Shown: positions 9,494-18,006 of the stretch, piece after piece
How positions within the stretch are numbered: position 1 is the stretch's first letter
Layout of the letters: the number at the start of each line of letters is the position of its first letter
Source of the DNA: Candidatus Krumholzibacteriota bacterium
GTDB taxonomy: Bacteria > Krumholzibacteriota > Krumholzibacteriia > JAJRXK01
Assembly: GCA_963764625.1 (NCBI GenBank)
Contig: CAVXTH010000005.1
Span: forward strand, 64,001-128,000
Length of the DNA: 64,000 nucleotides
Reading direction: 5' to 3'
The notes under the pieces: model-generated
The model's input: only the letters and a program-made list of their open reading frames with translations
What the model was told of the DNA's origin: nothing
Databases searched by the model: none
Translations under genes and position numbers: made by a program

Positions 9494-10385
9494 CGGACTC
9501 CTCCCGCCAAGGCTTCACGCCATCGCAAAAGAAACGAAGAGCCTCGAACACCTCGTGCTTGAGATTCTTGCGCTCCACGATGCGATCCACCATCCCGTGC
9601 TCGAGGAGGAACTCGCTCCGTTGGAAGCCGTCCGGGAGCTCGGCGTTGATCGTCTGTTGAATGACCCGTGGGCCCGCGAAACCGATGAGCGCGCCCGGTT
9701 CCGCGAAGATGACGTCACCCAGCATGGCGAAGCTGGCAGTGACGCCTCCAGTGGTGGGATTGGTGAGGATCGAGATGAAGGGCAAGCCCTCCTCCGTGAG
9801 CCGGGCGAGCATCGCGCTCGTCTTCGCCATCTGCATGAGCGAGAGGATCGACTCCTGCATCCGCGCTCCACCGCTACGGCTGAGAATGATGACGGGAAGT
9901 TCGTTCGTGATTCCATCTTTCACGCAGCGTGCGATCTTTTCTCCTACCACCGAACCCATGCTTCCCCCGAGAAACGAGAAGTCCATGATGGCGACCGCCG
10001 CCTTGACCCCGTGAATCGTGGCGAAGCCGGTGAGCACCGCGTCTTCCTTGCCCGTCTTGGCGCGATTCTCCTTGATGCGATCGCGGTAGCGTTTCGAATC
10101 CTTGAAATTCAACGGGTCACCGCTCACCAGACCGCGATGCATTTCTTCGAAGCTCCCATCGTCCACCAACAGGTGAAGGTACTGCTCGGTGGAAATGGCC
10201 ATGTGGTGGCCGCACTGGTAGCAGACCCACAGGTTGGCCGCGAGCTCTTTGTGATAGATGAGGTCTCCGCAGGACGAGCACTTGGTCCAGAGATTCTCCG
10301 GCACCTCGAGGTGCGGGCGCACCGGCTTGCCGTCTTTTCGCAGCTGCTCGATGCCCTTGCGCGCGCGTTTGAGCCAGGATGGCAT
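9471..10385 (-). CDS. accD: Acetyl-CoA carboxylase carboxyltransferase subunit beta
   Basis: LWTKCSSC...CYQC zinc finger, GGSMGSVVGEKI, GGARMQE, GFAGPRVI. Confidence 0.96.
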   Translation of the reverse strand: MPSWLKRARKGIEQLRKDGKPVRPHLEVPENLWTKCSSCGDLIYHKELAANLWVCYQCGHHMAISTEQYLHLLVDDGSFEEMHRGLVSGDPLNFKDSKRYRDRIKENRAKTGKEDAVLTGFATIHGVKAAVAIMDFSFLGGSMGSVVGEKIARCVKDGITNELPVIILSRSGGARMQESILSLMQMAKTSAMLARLTEEGLPFISILTNPTTGGVTASFAMLGDVIFAEPGALIGFAGPRVIQQTINAELPDGFQRSEFLLEHGMVDRIVERKNLKHEVFEALRFFCDGVKPWREESDGAGAHS

Positions 10386-10484
10386 GGAACGAATCACTCC
10401 CCGTGTTCACCGAGAAACTCGGCGCCGCCTTCAATCTAGGCCCCTTCTCCACCTTTCGACAATCGCTTTCCCTGAGGAGAGCAG

Positions 10485-10973
10485 CTAGTGCGACGAATCG
10501 GGGTCCAAGGAGGGGTGGCTCGAGGACCCCAGGTGCTTGAGCATGACGACCGCATCCTCGCCCGTATCCGGATAATAGCCCCTTCTCAGCGCGATCTCCT
10601 TGAAACCGTTGCGCCGGTAGAATGCGCGCGCGGGGAGGTTCTCCTCGCGCACTTCCAGAGTGACCAGTGAGGCCCCGCTGGAAAGAGAATGGGACATGAC
10701 GGCTTCTAGAAGAGCCTGGCCAAAGCCCTTCCGCCGCTCGCTCTCCAGCACTCCGAGATTCACCACATGGAGTTCGTCGACCACGCACCAACAGAAGATG
10801 TACCCCACCGGCACTTCGTTCTTCAGAGCGAGGAGAGAGATGCGGGAGGCATCGCCACGAAGTTCCGCCGCGATCATCTCCCGGCTCCAAGGAGTGGGAA
10901 AGATGCTTCTCTCCATGCCGCGAATGGTGCTCAGATCGCCAAGAGTCGCCGGACGGATCTTCAGCTCGCTCAT
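10485..10973 (-). CDS. rimI: Ribosomal protein S18-alanine N-acetyltransferase
   Basis: FPTPWS, RRKGFG, TLEVREEN and RRGYY..TGEDA motifs; follows tsaB. Confidence 0.9.
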   Translation of the reverse strand: MSELKIRPATLGDLSTIRGMERSIFPTPWSREMIAAELRGDASRISLLALKNEVPVGYIFCWCVVDELHVVNLGVLESERRKGFGQALLEAVMSHSLSSGASLVTLEVREENLPARAFYRRNGFKEIALRRGYYPDTGEDAVVMLKHLGSSSHPSLDPDSSH

Positions 10974-11764
10974 CACGGATTCTCTTTGTCCGAGGGACTT
11001 CGTGGTGGTTGCTCGACCCTGATGCCAGTCGCGCGCTCCGCCTGGCTGGGTCCGAGATACACCGGAAGCAGAGCCGTCGGATCCGACCGCACGCACCACG
11101 GACATTTTTCGGCCACGGACAAGGCGAGCGTGCGCGCCATGGGGACGCAAGGTGAGACCTCGACTTCGTCCAGGAAGGTGGGGGCCTGCGCGCGGACGAG
11201 CTCGAGGGTCTCCGGTCCATCTGCCGAAACCAGTGTGAGGCGCGGTCCGTCGCGCAACTCGCGCTCCAGGGCGGGCGCCAGAGCGCGCCAGGCCCCACGT
11301 ACGAGCTCCAGCTCACGTCCTCGCGCCCGGTACGTCGCGGCGTACAGCGCGTCGCGGCCCGCCTCCATCAAGGCCAGGATCTGCAGCGGCTCCGCCAAGC
11401 GATCCGAAACAGGCGTCTTGGCGGCGATGGAACCGTCGGTTTCAAGAAGCGCCTGCCCGGCGAGAAGATCGAGGCTGGTGGCTCCGTAGAGGGGAAGTCC
11501 GCTCGCGTGGGCCAGACTCTTGGCGGTCATCACCCCGATGCGCAGACCGGTGTACGATCCGGGCCCGGTGACCACCGCGAGCTGAGTGATCTCGTCGCGG
11601 GTGCGACCCGCCATCATGAGGGCCCGATCGGCGAGCTCGAAAAACGCCTCCGCGTATCCCTGCGCCGGATCGTGCTCCACCAATGCGACCAGCTTCTCGC
11701 CGGCGACGAGGGCGATGGAGCCCCCCCGGCGACGGGAGGAATCGAGGGCCAGAATCAGACTCAC
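10973..11764 (-). CDS. tsaB: tRNA threonylcarbamoyladenosine biosynthesis protein TsaB
   Basis: ILALDSS start, GPGSYTGLRIG motif; lies between tsaE and rimI. Confidence 0.92.
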   Translation of the reverse strand: MSLILALDSSRRRGGSIALVAGEKLVALVEHDPAQGYAEAFFELADRALMMAGRTRDEITQLAVVTGPGSYTGLRIGVMTAKSLAHASGLPLYGATSLDLLAGQALLETDGSIAAKTPVSDRLAEPLQILALMEAGRDALYAATYRARGRELELVRGAWRALAPALERELRDGPRLTLVSADGPETLELVRAQAPTFLDEVEVSPCVPMARTLALSVAEKCPWCVRSDPTALLPVYLGPSQAERATGIRVEQPPRSPSDKENP

Positions 11765-12276
11765 GCACGCGCCCCCCGGGTCCAACCCTCCACCAACGCG
11801 GGAGCGAATTCGTCCTCCGAGTGGGTGAGGACCAGCTCCCGCAAGGTGCTCTGGCCTGCTCCCTGCGCGCCCACCGTGAGCTGAAGATGGAAGCAGGGAG
11901 CGAGAAGCTCGCGGATCGCTTCCGCCCATTCCACCAGGATCAGGGCTCCTTCCTCTCGCGCCTCCAGCAGGGACGCGTACAGATCTTCTTCGACCCGACC
12001 GTCCATCCGATACAGATCGGAGTGTACCACCAGGCTGATTCCGCTCGGGCCCGTGAGAGGATAGCGGTTTTCCAGGGTGAAAGTGGGAGAAGTCACGATG
12101 CGCTCATCCGCTCCCAACGCGGCCAGAACCCCCTTCACGAATGTCGTCTTCCCCGCCCCGAGATCTCCGGAGAGACAGACCACATCCGAGGGTAGGAGCT
12201 GGGCTGCCAACACTTCCGCCAGTCCCACCGTTTCCACCACGCTGTGGGTTTCGGCCGAAAGGCGCCGCAAGAACAC
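11761..12276 (-). CDS. tsaE: tRNA threonylcarbamoyladenosine biosynthesis ATPase TsaE
   Basis: GDLGAGKTTF, VTSPTFTL, HSDLYR and LVEWA motifs. Confidence 0.93.
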   Translation of the reverse strand: MFLRRLSAETHSVVETVGLAEVLAAQLLPSDVVCLSGDLGAGKTTFVKGVLAALGADERIVTSPTFTLENRYPLTGPSGISLVVHSDLYRMDGRVEEDLYASLLEAREEGALILVEWAEAIRELLAPCFHLQLTVGAQGAGQSTLRELVLTHSEDEFAPALVEGWTRGARA

Positions 12277-12277
12277 G

Positions 12278-13831
12278 TCAACCCGCCGTGAGGGTGCAAC
12301 ATGGGATGATCATCTCCTCCAGCGAGATGCCTCCGTGTTGAAACGAGCCGCGGTACTGGCGTTCGTACTCGTGGTAGTTCGTGGGATACACGAAGTAGTT
12401 GTAGTCCTTGGCGCAGATGTAGTTCTGGATGGGACTCTCGCGCGGCAATCCGTAGTCGACCGGGTTCTTCATGACGAATGCGGTGCGACTATCGACGTTC
12501 AGGTTATCGCCGTACTTGTAGCGGACGTTGTTGGACGCCTCCTTCTTCGCCTTCACTCTTGCCGCCTTGCGGACTTGTACCGAGCCGTGATCGGTGGTGA
12601 TGACCACCACGTTGCCGGGGTTTTCGGACAGAGAACGCAGAAGATCGAAGATGGCGGAATGCTGGAACCAGGAACGCATCACGCTGCGAAACGCCACTTC
12701 GTCGGGCGCCAGCTCCATGAGCAGATCGTTGGTGGACCGCCCGTGGGCGAGGATGTCCAGAAAGTTGATCACCCCCACTACCAGCGGAACGTCACCCAGG
12801 CTGGGAATCTGCTTCGCCATGGCCTCGGTCTCTTCGATGTTGAACGTCTTGTAGTACTTGAAGCCGACGGAGGCGAGACCGATCCGTTCCAGCTGCGCCT
12901 GAAGTAACTGGGGTTCGAAGGCGTTCTTGCTGCGCTCTTCCTGCGCCGATCCCCGCCACCATCTCGGATACCGGGTGGCGATCTCCAGCGGACTCAACCC
13001 GGCAAAGATCGCGTTGCGCGCGAAGGGAGTAGCAGTCGGCAGAAAACTGTAATAGAGGCTCTCCTCCACGTGATACAGGGGCAAGAGGAAGCTCGCGAGT
13101 TGCCGCCACTGGTCAAGACGCATGCAGTCGATCACGAAGAAGAAGACCTTCTTGCCGGCGCGAAGATGCGGGGCCACCCACTTGGGCACCACGTCGGTGC
13201 TCATCACGGGCCGGTCGTCAGACCTCATCCACGACTTGTAGTTATCTTCCACGAAGCGCCCGAAGTTGGTGTTGGCGTCCCGTAGTTGTTCCCGATGGGT
13301 TTGCACCAGCGAAGTGTCCGACAGTTCACCCAGCCGCAGTTCCCACGTCACGAGTTTCTCGAAGATCCTCGACCAGTCTTCGTGGGTTCTAGCCTCCAAT
13401 CGCTCTCGCGTGAGTTCGTTGAATCCTCGCAGGTAATCCTGCGCCACCTGACGCGCCTGAATCGCGTCCTCGTCGAGGGTCTTCTTCAGGGAGAGGAGAA
13501 TCTGATTGGGGTTGACCGGTTTCACCAGGAAGTCGTTGATCCGTCGGCCCAACGCGCGATCCATGAGCTCCTCTTCGTCGCTCTTGGTGATCATGATCAC
13601 CGGCACGCTATCGTTGAGGTCGCGAATGCCCTGGAGGGTCTCGATGCCGTTGCGGCCGGGCATCATTTCGTCGAGCAAAATCACGTCGAAGCGGCGCTCC
13701 TTCAAGAGCGCCAGAGCGTCGTCCCCGTTGCTCACGCCCTCGACCTCGAAGCCCTTGGCCTGAAGGAAGAGAATCTGACTGCGTAGCTCCTCGATCTGAT
13801 CGTCGACCCACAGGACGGTACGTGTTGCCAT
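12278..13831 (-). CDS. porX: PorX-like response regulator (receiver plus PglZ/alkaline-phosphatase domain)
   Basis: Receiver LWVDD...LLDEMMPG...ITK; PglZ motifs IDCMRLDQW, LPTATPFARNAIF, TTDHG, FQHGGISLEEM; adjacent to tsaE as in Bacteroidota. Confidence 0.85.
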   Translation of the reverse strand: MATRTVLWVDDQIEELRSQILFLQAKGFEVEGVSNGDDALALLKERRFDVILLDEMMPGRNGIETLQGIRDLNDSVPVIMITKSDEEELMDRALGRRINDFLVKPVNPNQILLSLKKTLDEDAIQARQVAQDYLRGFNELTRERLEARTHEDWSRIFEKLVTWELRLGELSDTSLVQTHREQLRDANTNFGRFVEDNYKSWMRSDDRPVMSTDVVPKWVAPHLRAGKKVFFFVIDCMRLDQWRQLASFLLPLYHVEESLYYSFLPTATPFARNAIFAGLSPLEIATRYPRWWRGSAQEERSKNAFEPQLLQAQLERIGLASVGFKYYKTFNIEETEAMAKQIPSLGDVPLVVGVINFLDILAHGRSTNDLLMELAPDEVAFRSVMRSWFQHSAIFDLLRSLSENPGNVVVITTDHGSVQVRKAARVKAKKEASNNVRYKYGDNLNVDSRTAFVMKNPVDYGLPRESPIQNYICAKDYNYFVYPTNYHEYERQYRGSFQHGGISLEEMIIPCCTLTAG

Positions 13832-13894
13832 GGCAGCTCCTGGATGAGGCTCTGGAAGAGAAGCTAGGTCAATTCAGTGCGATCCACTCGTTTA

Positions 13895-15172
13895 TCAACG
13901 AGTTTTGAGCTTGATGCGCAAGGTGCTGCCCTGCCCGGGCTCGGTCCAGGCCACGTCGATACTTCCCCCATGGTATTCGTCCACGATTCGCTTCACGAGC
14001 ACCAGTCCCAGACCCCAACCCCCCTCGCGGGTGGAAAAACCGGGTGAAAAAATCCGCCGCTGGACCGCCGGGGTCATCCCCTTCCCGTTGTCGGTGACGG
14101 TGATCACCACGTTCAGATCGCCCGGATCGTAGCGGCAGGAGACCCGCACTAGACCCCGGTCCTTGTCGATCGCGTCGAGCGCGTTCTTGATGAGATTTTC
14201 CAGAGCCCATTCCAGTAGCTCGGGATTGATCGGGGCCAGCGGAGTCTCTTCGACCGAGCTGATGAGTTCGACGTGGCTCTTGAGGTGGGGCAGGCGACGG
14301 TGGAAATAGGCGCAGGCGTTTTCCACCAGATGATCCACTCGCGCCGACACGAGCTTGGGACGGCTTCCGATCTGGGAGAAACGATCGGACACCTTGGCGA
14401 GTCGCTGGTGGTCGCGCTCGAGTTCTCCCAAGACCTGCCGCCGGTCTATGCTCGAAGAAGAACCGTCCGTGGCCAGCGCTCCTTCTTCGTCCTTTTCGCC
14501 TAGAAGTGCGAGCCACCCGCTCATGCTGGTGAGCGGGGTTCCCATCTGGTGAGCCGTTTCCTTGGCCATGCCCACCCAGATACTGCGCTCCTCGCTGCGT
14601 TTGAGATTGCGGAACGCAACCAGAGCGACTCCCATGAAGGCCACGATAAGGGCCGCTTCGAGCAGCGGCATCACGGTGAGCCGACGCGAGAGTTCGTTCT
14701 CGCCGTAGTGCAAGTAGAAGAGGGTACCCCCCTTGGGATCGGCGACGCTCAGGGGCTGCCCGTGACGATCGAATTCCTCCACCTTGGAAAGGAGTCGCAC
14801 GAGGGCCGGATCGCGCGGATTTCTGGGGTCCTCGTTCTGGAACTCGTCGGGGTTCTCCGGAAGGGGGATGCCCACCTGACTCGCGTTCCAGAACACCGGC
14901 AGACCCGCCGCATCGGTGAGAATGACCGGAACCGAGAGCTCGTCCATGGCCTCCCGGAGCTCGCGCAACTGGTTGGGATTTTCTGAAAGCAGCCGCTCGG
15001 CGGCGAGGTCCGCGAGAAGCCGAGTGGTCAACCCCGCCTGGCGTTCCACCGCCTGGTTGAGGCGCAGGGAGAAAACCACGATTGCCAGTACGATGACCGC
15101 GAGTCCCAGGAGCAGGTAGCTCTTGAGGAGCGCCCGGACCGTGGGACCTCGCAAGACGGCGGATGGCATCAC
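13895..15172 (-). CDS. Membrane sensor histidine kinase
   Basis: Two TM segments, H-box WVGMAKETAHQMGTP, ENLIKNALDA, DNGKG, GWGLGL. Confidence 0.92.
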   Translation of the reverse strand: MMPSAVLRGPTVRALLKSYLLLGLAVIVLAIVVFSLRLNQAVERQAGLTTRLLADLAAERLLSENPNQLRELREAMDELSVPVILTDAAGLPVFWNASQVGIPLPENPDEFQNEDPRNPRDPALVRLLSKVEEFDRHGQPLSVADPKGGTLFYLHYGENELSRRLTVMPLLEAALIVAFMGVALVAFRNLKRSEERSIWVGMAKETAHQMGTPLTSMSGWLALLGEKDEEGALATDGSSSSIDRRQVLGELERDHQRLAKVSDRFSQIGSRPKLVSARVDHLVENACAYFHRRLPHLKSHVELISSVEETPLAPINPELLEWALENLIKNALDAIDKDRGLVRVSCRYDPGDLNVVITVTDNGKGMTPAVQRRIFSPGFSTREGGWGLGLVLVKRIVDEYHGGSIDVAWTEPGQGSTLRIKLKTR

Positions 15173-15185
15173 TCATCAGCCCCGA

Positions 15186-16448
15186 TCAACCGATGTATTC
15201 CACGCCCCCCATGTAGGGTCGCAGAACCTCAGGGACACGGATCTTTCCCGTGCCGGTGAGATGGTTCTCCATGAGCGCGACGAGAACGCGGGGAAGCGCC
15301 AGCCCGCTTCCATTGAGCGTGTGCACGAAGATGGGCTTTTCGCCCTTGGCCCGCCGCCAGCGAATTTGGGCCCGCCGGGCCTGGAAATCGCGGAAATTGC
15401 TGCACGAACTCACCTCGAGCCAGGCGTCGACTCCCGGCGAGTAGACCTCGAGATCGAAACACTTGGCGGCCGCGAAGGAGAGATCTCCGGTGGCGAGTTT
15501 GACCACTCGATACGGCAGATCGAGTCCCTCGAGGAGATCGGTGGCGTTCGTCACCAACTCCTCCAACTCGGACTCACTGTCCTCGGGTCGACAGAAGCGA
15601 ACCATTTCCACTTTGTGAAATTGATGAACTCGCAGCATGCCGCGGGTGTCCTTGCCGGCGCTGCCCGCTTCGCGGCGGAAACAGGGGCTGAACGAGACAT
15701 AGCGGCGCGGGAGCTCGCTGGGGCCCAGGATGCTCTCCCGGTGGATGTTCGTAACGGAAACTTCGGCGGTGGGAATGAGCCACAGACCGTCGCCGGTGGT
15801 CTGGTACATGTCATCCGCCAGCTTGGGGAGCTGTCCGGTGCCTAACACCGCGTGGTCGCGTACCAGGTAGGGGGCATTGATCTCCTGGTAGCCCTGCTCT
15901 CGGTGCACGTCGAGAAACCAATTGATGAGTGCGCGCTCGAGCCGGGCCCCCTCTCCCTTGAGGAGAATGAACCCGCTGCCGCTCATGCGCGCCGCGGCTT
16001 CCAGGTCGAGAATTCCCAGGCGTTCCCCGATCTCCCAATGAGCTTGGGCGTGCTCCAACTTCTTCGGCTCTCCCCAGCTGCGAACCACCTCGTTCGCCTC
16101 TTCCCCACCGCGCGGGACGTCGTGGTCGGGAAGGTTGGGAATGCGCAGCTCGAGGTGCTGGAGTTCTTCGTCGAGCTCGACGAGCCGCGCTTCGCCGTCC
16201 TTGATCTCGTCCGAGACCTTCTTCATGGCGGCGATTGCCTCGGCGGCGTCCTGTCCGCTCTTCTTGGCCTCGCCAATTTTCTGGGAGGCTTGATTTCGCT
16301 CGGCCCGCAGGGCCTCCACCTCCACCAGGAGTTCGCGCCGTTTGTGGTCGGCGGAGAGAAAATCGTCCAACTTGGCCGCCTCGTTCTTGTCGAGGATCCC
16401 CTGACGAACCTGGGCTTCGTGTTCCCGGATGAAGCGACGATCGAGCAC
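15186..16448 (-). CDS. serS: Serine--tRNA ligase
   Basis: LIPTAEV, CFRREAG, RVHQFHKVE, EVSSCSN, HTLNGSGLA; GTG start at 16448 with GGGGAG RBS. Confidence 0.97.
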   Translation of the reverse strand: MLDRRFIREHEAQVRQGILDKNEAAKLDDFLSADHKRRELLVEVEALRAERNQASQKIGEAKKSGQDAAEAIAAMKKVSDEIKDGEARLVELDEELQHLELRIPNLPDHDVPRGGEEANEVVRSWGEPKKLEHAQAHWEIGERLGILDLEAAARMSGSGFILLKGEGARLERALINWFLDVHREQGYQEINAPYLVRDHAVLGTGQLPKLADDMYQTTGDGLWLIPTAEVSVTNIHRESILGPSELPRRYVSFSPCFRREAGSAGKDTRGMLRVHQFHKVEMVRFCRPEDSESELEELVTNATDLLEGLDLPYRVVKLATGDLSFAAAKCFDLEVYSPGVDAWLEVSSCSNFRDFQARRAQIRWRRAKGEKPIFVHTLNGSGLALPRVLVALMENHLTGTGKIRVPEVLRPYMGGVEYIG

Positions 16449-16578
16449 GATGATTCTCCCCGATGGCTTGCGTTGCGGCGGGAGCTGGGGTATGAAGACC
16501 CCTGGCATCCACTCCGCGCACCAAGCTAGCCGAGGGCGGTCCGCCCAAGCAAGAAATCATCGAAAGGAAGGGCCCCGC

Positions 16579-17334
16579 ATGCGGATCGACCCCAGCGCGT
16601 ATCGGGAAAGCGACCCCTGCGACCGGCTCATCCTGGCCCTGGACAGCTCCAGGCGCGAGGACGCCCTGCGCTTGATCGAGACGCTACGACCACGGCCTCG
16701 CTGGGTGAAGGTCGGGCTGCAACTCTTCACCGGGGCCGGTCCCACCGTGGTCGAGGAATTGGTGGAGCAAGGGCTGCGGGTGTTCCTGGACCTGAAATTC
16801 CACGACATTCCCAACACGATGGCCGGTGCAGTAGCGAGTGCTCGCGCTCTGGGGGCACGCTTTTGCACCGTGCATGCGTCGGCCGGCGCCGGGGTGCGCA
16901 GCGCGGTGGAGGCGGCGGGCGAAACGAGAGGGGCGACGAAAGAGAACGCGCTTCCTCCGGCGATTCTGGCGGTGACGGTGCTGACGAGTTTCGCCGCGGA
17001 CGAGCTCCCCTTCCTGCTCGATTCCCGTCAGAGTGGACGCGACCTGGTCCTTCGCCTGGCTTCGCAAGCCCTGCAGGCCGGGGCGTGCGGACTGGTGGCA
17101 TCCGCCGAGGAGATTCTCGCGTTGCGCGAAGCGGTGGGCGACGAGCCCCTGCTGGTGATTCCCGGCATCCGTCCGCGTGGAGCCGCGCGGGGGGATCAGA
17201 GTCGCGTGGCGACCCCAGGCGAAGCGCTGCGACGCGGCGCCGATTTTCTGGTCATCGGCCGTCCCATCACCCAGGCCGAGGATCCATCCCGCGCAATGGC
17301 CGAGATTCTGGACGAGATGTCGGGTGCGTTGTAG
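16579..17334 (+). CDS. pyrF: Orotidine-5'-phosphate decarboxylase
   Basis: LILALD, VKVG, FLDLKFHDIPNT, PGIRP and GRPIT motifs. Confidence 0.96.
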   Translation: MRIDPSAYRESDPCDRLILALDSSRREDALRLIETLRPRPRWVKVGLQLFTGAGPTVVEELVEQGLRVFLDLKFHDIPNTMAGAVASARALGARFCTVHASAGAGVRSAVEAAGETRGATKENALPPAILAVTVLTSFAADELPFLLDSRQSGRDLVLRLASQALQAGACGLVASAEEILALREAVGDEPLLVIPGIRPRGAARGDQSRVATPGEALRRGADFLVIGRPITQAEDPSRAMAEILDEMSGAL

Positions 17335-17397
17335 GCTGCTGATGGTAGCTTGGGCGCGTTGCCTGAATTCCGAAACCGGGCTCGAGGAGGTCGCGGC

Positions 17398-18006
17398 GTG
17401 AACACGGATGCTTCTGCTTTCGATCGACATTTGAAGCCCGATGAAGTGCGCGAGCGCTTGAGCGAATTGGGCGCGATCCTAGAGGGGCACTTCAAACTGA
17501 GCAGCGGACTGCACAGCAATCGCTATTTCCAGTGCTCCAAGGTCTTGCAATACCCGGACTTGGCTAAAGAGCTGGGACGACTCCTGGCGGAGCGGTGCAA
17601 CGAATTGGAGATCGATCTGGTGCTCTCTCCGGCGGTGGGGGGAATCCTCATCGGTCACGAGGTGGCGCGTGCCCTCGGCCGACGACATCTCTTCTGCGAG
17701 CGCAAGGAGAAGCAGTTGCAACTGCGGCGTGATTTCACGCTGCGCAAGGGAGAAGCCGCCCTGCTCGTGGATGACGTTCTCACCCGTGGCACCGCGCTCG
17801 CCGAAATGCGAACTGTGGTGGAGAGGCACGAGGGAACGGTGAAGTCGATCGCGGTCATCGTGGACCGGCGCGAGGAGATGGTCGCGCTCGATCTTCCGGT
17901 GCATTCGCTTCTGCGCGAAGAAGTCCGAACCTACGATCCGGCACAGTGCCCTCTCTGCAAGAAGGGCGTACCGCTGGAGTCCCCAGGTTCCCGCCACGAT
18001 GCCTGA
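17398..18006 (+). CDS. pyrE: Orotate phosphoribosyltransferase
   Basis: GHFKLSSGLHS and PRPP motif LLVDDVLTRG; follows pyrF. Confidence 0.93.
   Translation: MNTDASAFDRHLKPDEVRERLSELGAILEGHFKLSSGLHSNRYFQCSKVLQYPDLAKELGRLLAERCNELEIDLVLSPAVGGILIGHEVARALGRRHLFCERKEKQLQLRRDFTLRKGEAALLVDDVLTRGTALAEMRTVVERHEGTVKSIAVIVDRREEMVALDLPVHSLLREEVRTYDPAQCPLCKKGVPLESPGSRHDA

Noticed and set aside
12278-13831. PglZ domain as a sign of BREX phage defence
   Set aside because: Fused to a receiver domain in the PorX/tsaE context; no brx genes nearby
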